Source: TPA_inf: Saccharomyces (taxonomy: Eukaryota). From it: 64,000 nucleotides of DNA. Position numbers and translations under genes: made by a program. Shown here in pieces: positions 61,865-64,000 of the stretch; position 1 is the stretch's first letter; the number at the start of each line of letters is the position of its first letter. Location of the stretch: assembly GCA_000146045.2 (NCBI GenBank), contig BK006936.2, positions 256,001 through 320,000 on the forward strand. The letters are read 5' to 3'. The notes under the pieces are model-generated. The model made no database searches and had not been told where the DNA came from. It saw nothing but the letters and a program-made list of their open reading frames with translations.

Positions 61865-62265
61865 TTTTATCCTCAAATAAACATATAAGTTTTGAGCGGA
61901 TATTTCAGAATGTCAATTTTTAAAAGTAAAAGGAGAAAAAATTTATATAATTCACGATTAACATTATATAATGTGATGAACTACTTAAAAAATTTAACGT
62001 TCGATAATTAAGTAACAACAGAGAAAATATGAGCTTACCTAAACTCTAATCATTACCGTCTGTTTTATTTACTGTCACCTTGATGAGCGACTAAAAAGAT
62101 AGAACGCGGGTTTTTCGCGCAATGTAACAAAGCTCCAGAAATTTTTTATAAATACTAATGTTATAGCAAAAAAAATAAGGACCTTAAAGTCGTAAACTAA
62201 ATTGAAAAGCCCAAATCATTCAAATTCTATATCGTTGAACTTTTAATAGGCTGCGAATACCGACT

Positions 62266-64000
62266 ATGTCTCCCATACAGGTTGTTGTCTTTGCCTTGTC
62301 AAGGATTTTCCTGCTATTATTCAGACTTATCAAGCTAATTATAACCCCTATCCAGAAATCACTGGGTTATCTATTTGGTAATTATTTTGATGAATTAGAC
62401 CGTAAATATAGATACAAGGAGGATTGGTATATTATTCCTTACTTTTTGAAAAGCGTGTTTTGTTATATCATTGATGTGAGAAGACATAGGTTTCAAAACT
62501 GGTACTTATTTATTAAACAGGTCCAACAAAATGGTGACCATTTAGCGATTAGTTACACCCGTCCCATGGCCGAAAAGGGAGAATTTCAACTCGAAACCTT
62601 TACGTATATTGAAACTTATAACATAGTGTTGAGATTGTCTCATATTTTGCATTTTGATTATAACGTTCAGGCCGGTGACTACGTGGCAATCGATTGTACT
62701 AATAAACCTCTTTTCGTATTTTTATGGCTTTCTTTGTGGAACATTGGGGCTATTCCAGCTTTTTTAAACTATAATACTAAAGGCACTCCGCTGGTTCACT
62801 CCCTAAAGATTTCCAATATTACGCAGGTATTTATTGACCCTGATGCCAGTAATCCGATCAGAGAATCGGAAGAAGAAATCAAAAACGCACTTCCTGATGT
62901 TAAATTAAACTATCTTGAAGAACAAGACTTAATGCATGAACTTTTAAATTCGCAATCACCGGAATTCTTACAACAAGACAACGTTAGGACACCACTAGGC
63001 TTGACCGATTTTAAACCCTCTATGTTAATTTATACATCTGGAACCACTGGTTTGCCTAAATCCGCTATTATGTCTTGGAGAAAATCCTCCGTAGGTTGTC
63101 AAGTTTTTGGTCATGTTTTACATATGACTAATGAAAGCACTGTGTTCACAGCCATGCCATTGTTCCATTCAACTGCTGCCTTATTAGGTGCGTGCGCCAT
63201 TCTATCTCACGGTGGTTGCCTTGCGTTATCGCATAAATTTTCTGCCAGTACATTTTGGAAGCAAGTTTATTTAACAGGAGCCACGCACATCCAATATGTC
63301 GGAGAAGTCTGTAGATACCTGTTACATACGCCAATTTCTAAGTATGAAAAGATGCATAAGGTGAAGGTTGCTTATGGTAACGGGCTGAGACCTGACATCT
63401 GGCAGGACTTCAGGAAGAGGTTCAACATAGAAGTTATTGGTGAATTCTATGCCGCAACTGAAGCTCCTTTTGCTACAACTACCTTCCAGAAAGGTGACTT
63501 TGGAATTGGCGCATGTAGGAACTATGGTACTATAATTCAATGGTTTTTGTCATTCCAACAAACATTGGTAAGGATGGACCCAAATGACGATTCCGTTATA
63601 TATAGAAATTCCAAGGGTTTCTGCGAAGTGGCCCCTGTTGGCGAACCAGGAGAAATGTTAATGAGAATCTTTTTCCCTAAAAAACCAGAAACATCTTTTC
63701 AAGGTTATCTTGGTAATGCCAAGGAAACAAAGTCCAAAGTTGTGAGGGATGTCTTCAGACGTGGCGATGCTTGGTATAGATGTGGAGATTTATTAAAAGC
63801 GGACGAATATGGATTATGGTATTTCCTTGATAGAATGGGTGATACTTTCAGATGGAAATCTGAAAATGTTTCCACTACTGAAGTAGAAGATCAGTTGACG
63901 GCCAGTAACAAAGAACAATATGCACAAGTTCTAGTTGTTGGTATTAAAGTACCTAAATATGAAGGTAGAGCTGGTTTTGCAGTTATTAAACTAACTGACA
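62266..64000 (+). CDS. FAT1: Very-long-chain fatty acyl-CoA synthetase / fatty acid transporter, 5'-partial (runs off the window)
   Basis: The ATG at 62266 opens a frame through the window end. It carries the AMP-binding motif IYTSGTTGLPK and FATP-type motifs. It is absent from the ORF track because no stop falls in the window. Confidence 0.85.
   Translation, partial: MSPIQVVVFALSRIFLLLFRLIKLIITPIQKSLGYLFGNYFDELDRKYRYKEDWYIIPYFLKSVFCYIIDVRRHRFQNWYLFIKQVQQNGDHLAISYTRPMAEKGEFQLETFTYIETYNIVLRLSHILHFDYNVQAGDYVAIDCTNKPLFVFLWLSLWNIGAIPAFLNYNTKGTPLVHSLKISNITQVFIDPDASNPIRESEEEIKNALPDVKLNYLEEQDLMHELLNSQSPEFLQQDNVRTPLGLTDFKPSMLIYTSGTTGLPKSAIMSWRKSSVGCQVFGHVLHMTNESTVFTAMPLFHSTAALLGACAILSHGGCLALSHKFSASTFWKQVYLTGATHIQYVGEVCRYLLHTPISKYEKMHKVKVAYGNGLRPDIWQDFRKRFNIEVIGEFYAATEAPFATTTFQKGDFGIGACRNYGTIIQWFLSFQQTLVRMDPNDDSVIYRNSKGFCEVAPVGEPGEMLMRIFFPKKPETSFQGYLGNAKETKSKVVRDVFRRGDAWYRCGDLLKADEYGLWYFLDRMGDTFRWKSENVSTTEVEDQLTASNKEQYAQVLVVGIKVPKYEGRAGFAVIKLTD

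Overview
This window is ordinary, gene-dense budding-yeast nuclear DNA. From memory of the proteins and their order, it matches the Saccharomyces cerevisiae chromosome II right arm from HHT1 (YBR010W) to the 5' part of FAT1 (YBR041W). No database search was run; the match is recall plus direct reading of the sequence. I do not see a previously undescribed biological system here. Nearly all long ORFs are recognisable yeast genes.

Genes, left to right: HHT1, IPP1, a full-length Ty1 retrotransposon, YBR013C, tRNA-Thr(AGU), GRX7, MNN2, YBR016W, KAP104, the GAL7-GAL10-GAL1 cluster, FUR4, POA1, CHS3, SCO2, OLA1, ETR1, YPK3, CDS1, RKM3, RPL4A, EDS1, HMT1, PDX3, CSG2, SCO1, CHS2, ATP3, FIG1 and FAT1 (truncated at the window end). 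Several start codons were moved to internal ATGs relative to the ORF track (IPP1, YBR016W, GAL7, SCO2, YPK3, SCO1) on remembered protein lengths. CDS coordinates include the stop codon.

The retrotransposon region near 2.6-10.5 kb is the main accessory feature:
- The Ty1 element is intact, with a 5-bp GTAAT target-site duplication, a tRNAi-Met primer-binding site, the CTTAGGC +1 frameshift heptamer and a polypurine tract. Its two LTRs differ at only 2 of 332 positions.
- A solo delta LTR and head-to-head delta fragments also sit upstream of the tRNA-Thr gene.
- The Ty1 insertion appears to have split one ancestral ORF of about 270 codons. The annotated fragments YBR013C and YBR012C are in the same reading frame once the element and one copy of the duplication are removed.

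Other observations worth a second look:
- The GAL bidirectional upstream activating sequence carries four Gal4 sites.
- A divergent chitin-synthase/SCO gene pair occurs twice in mirror image (CHS3-SCO2 and SCO1-CHS2).
- YBR016W contains a GYNQQ tandem repeat.
- KAP104 contains a (GAT)n acidic-loop microsatellite.
- RPL4A has a promoter of an Abf1 site plus an A26 tract.
- The 2.1-kb PDX3-CSG2 gap has no ORF but contains a stable hairpin; I tentatively recall an H/ACA snoRNA (snR161) mapping there and cannot verify it from sequence alone.
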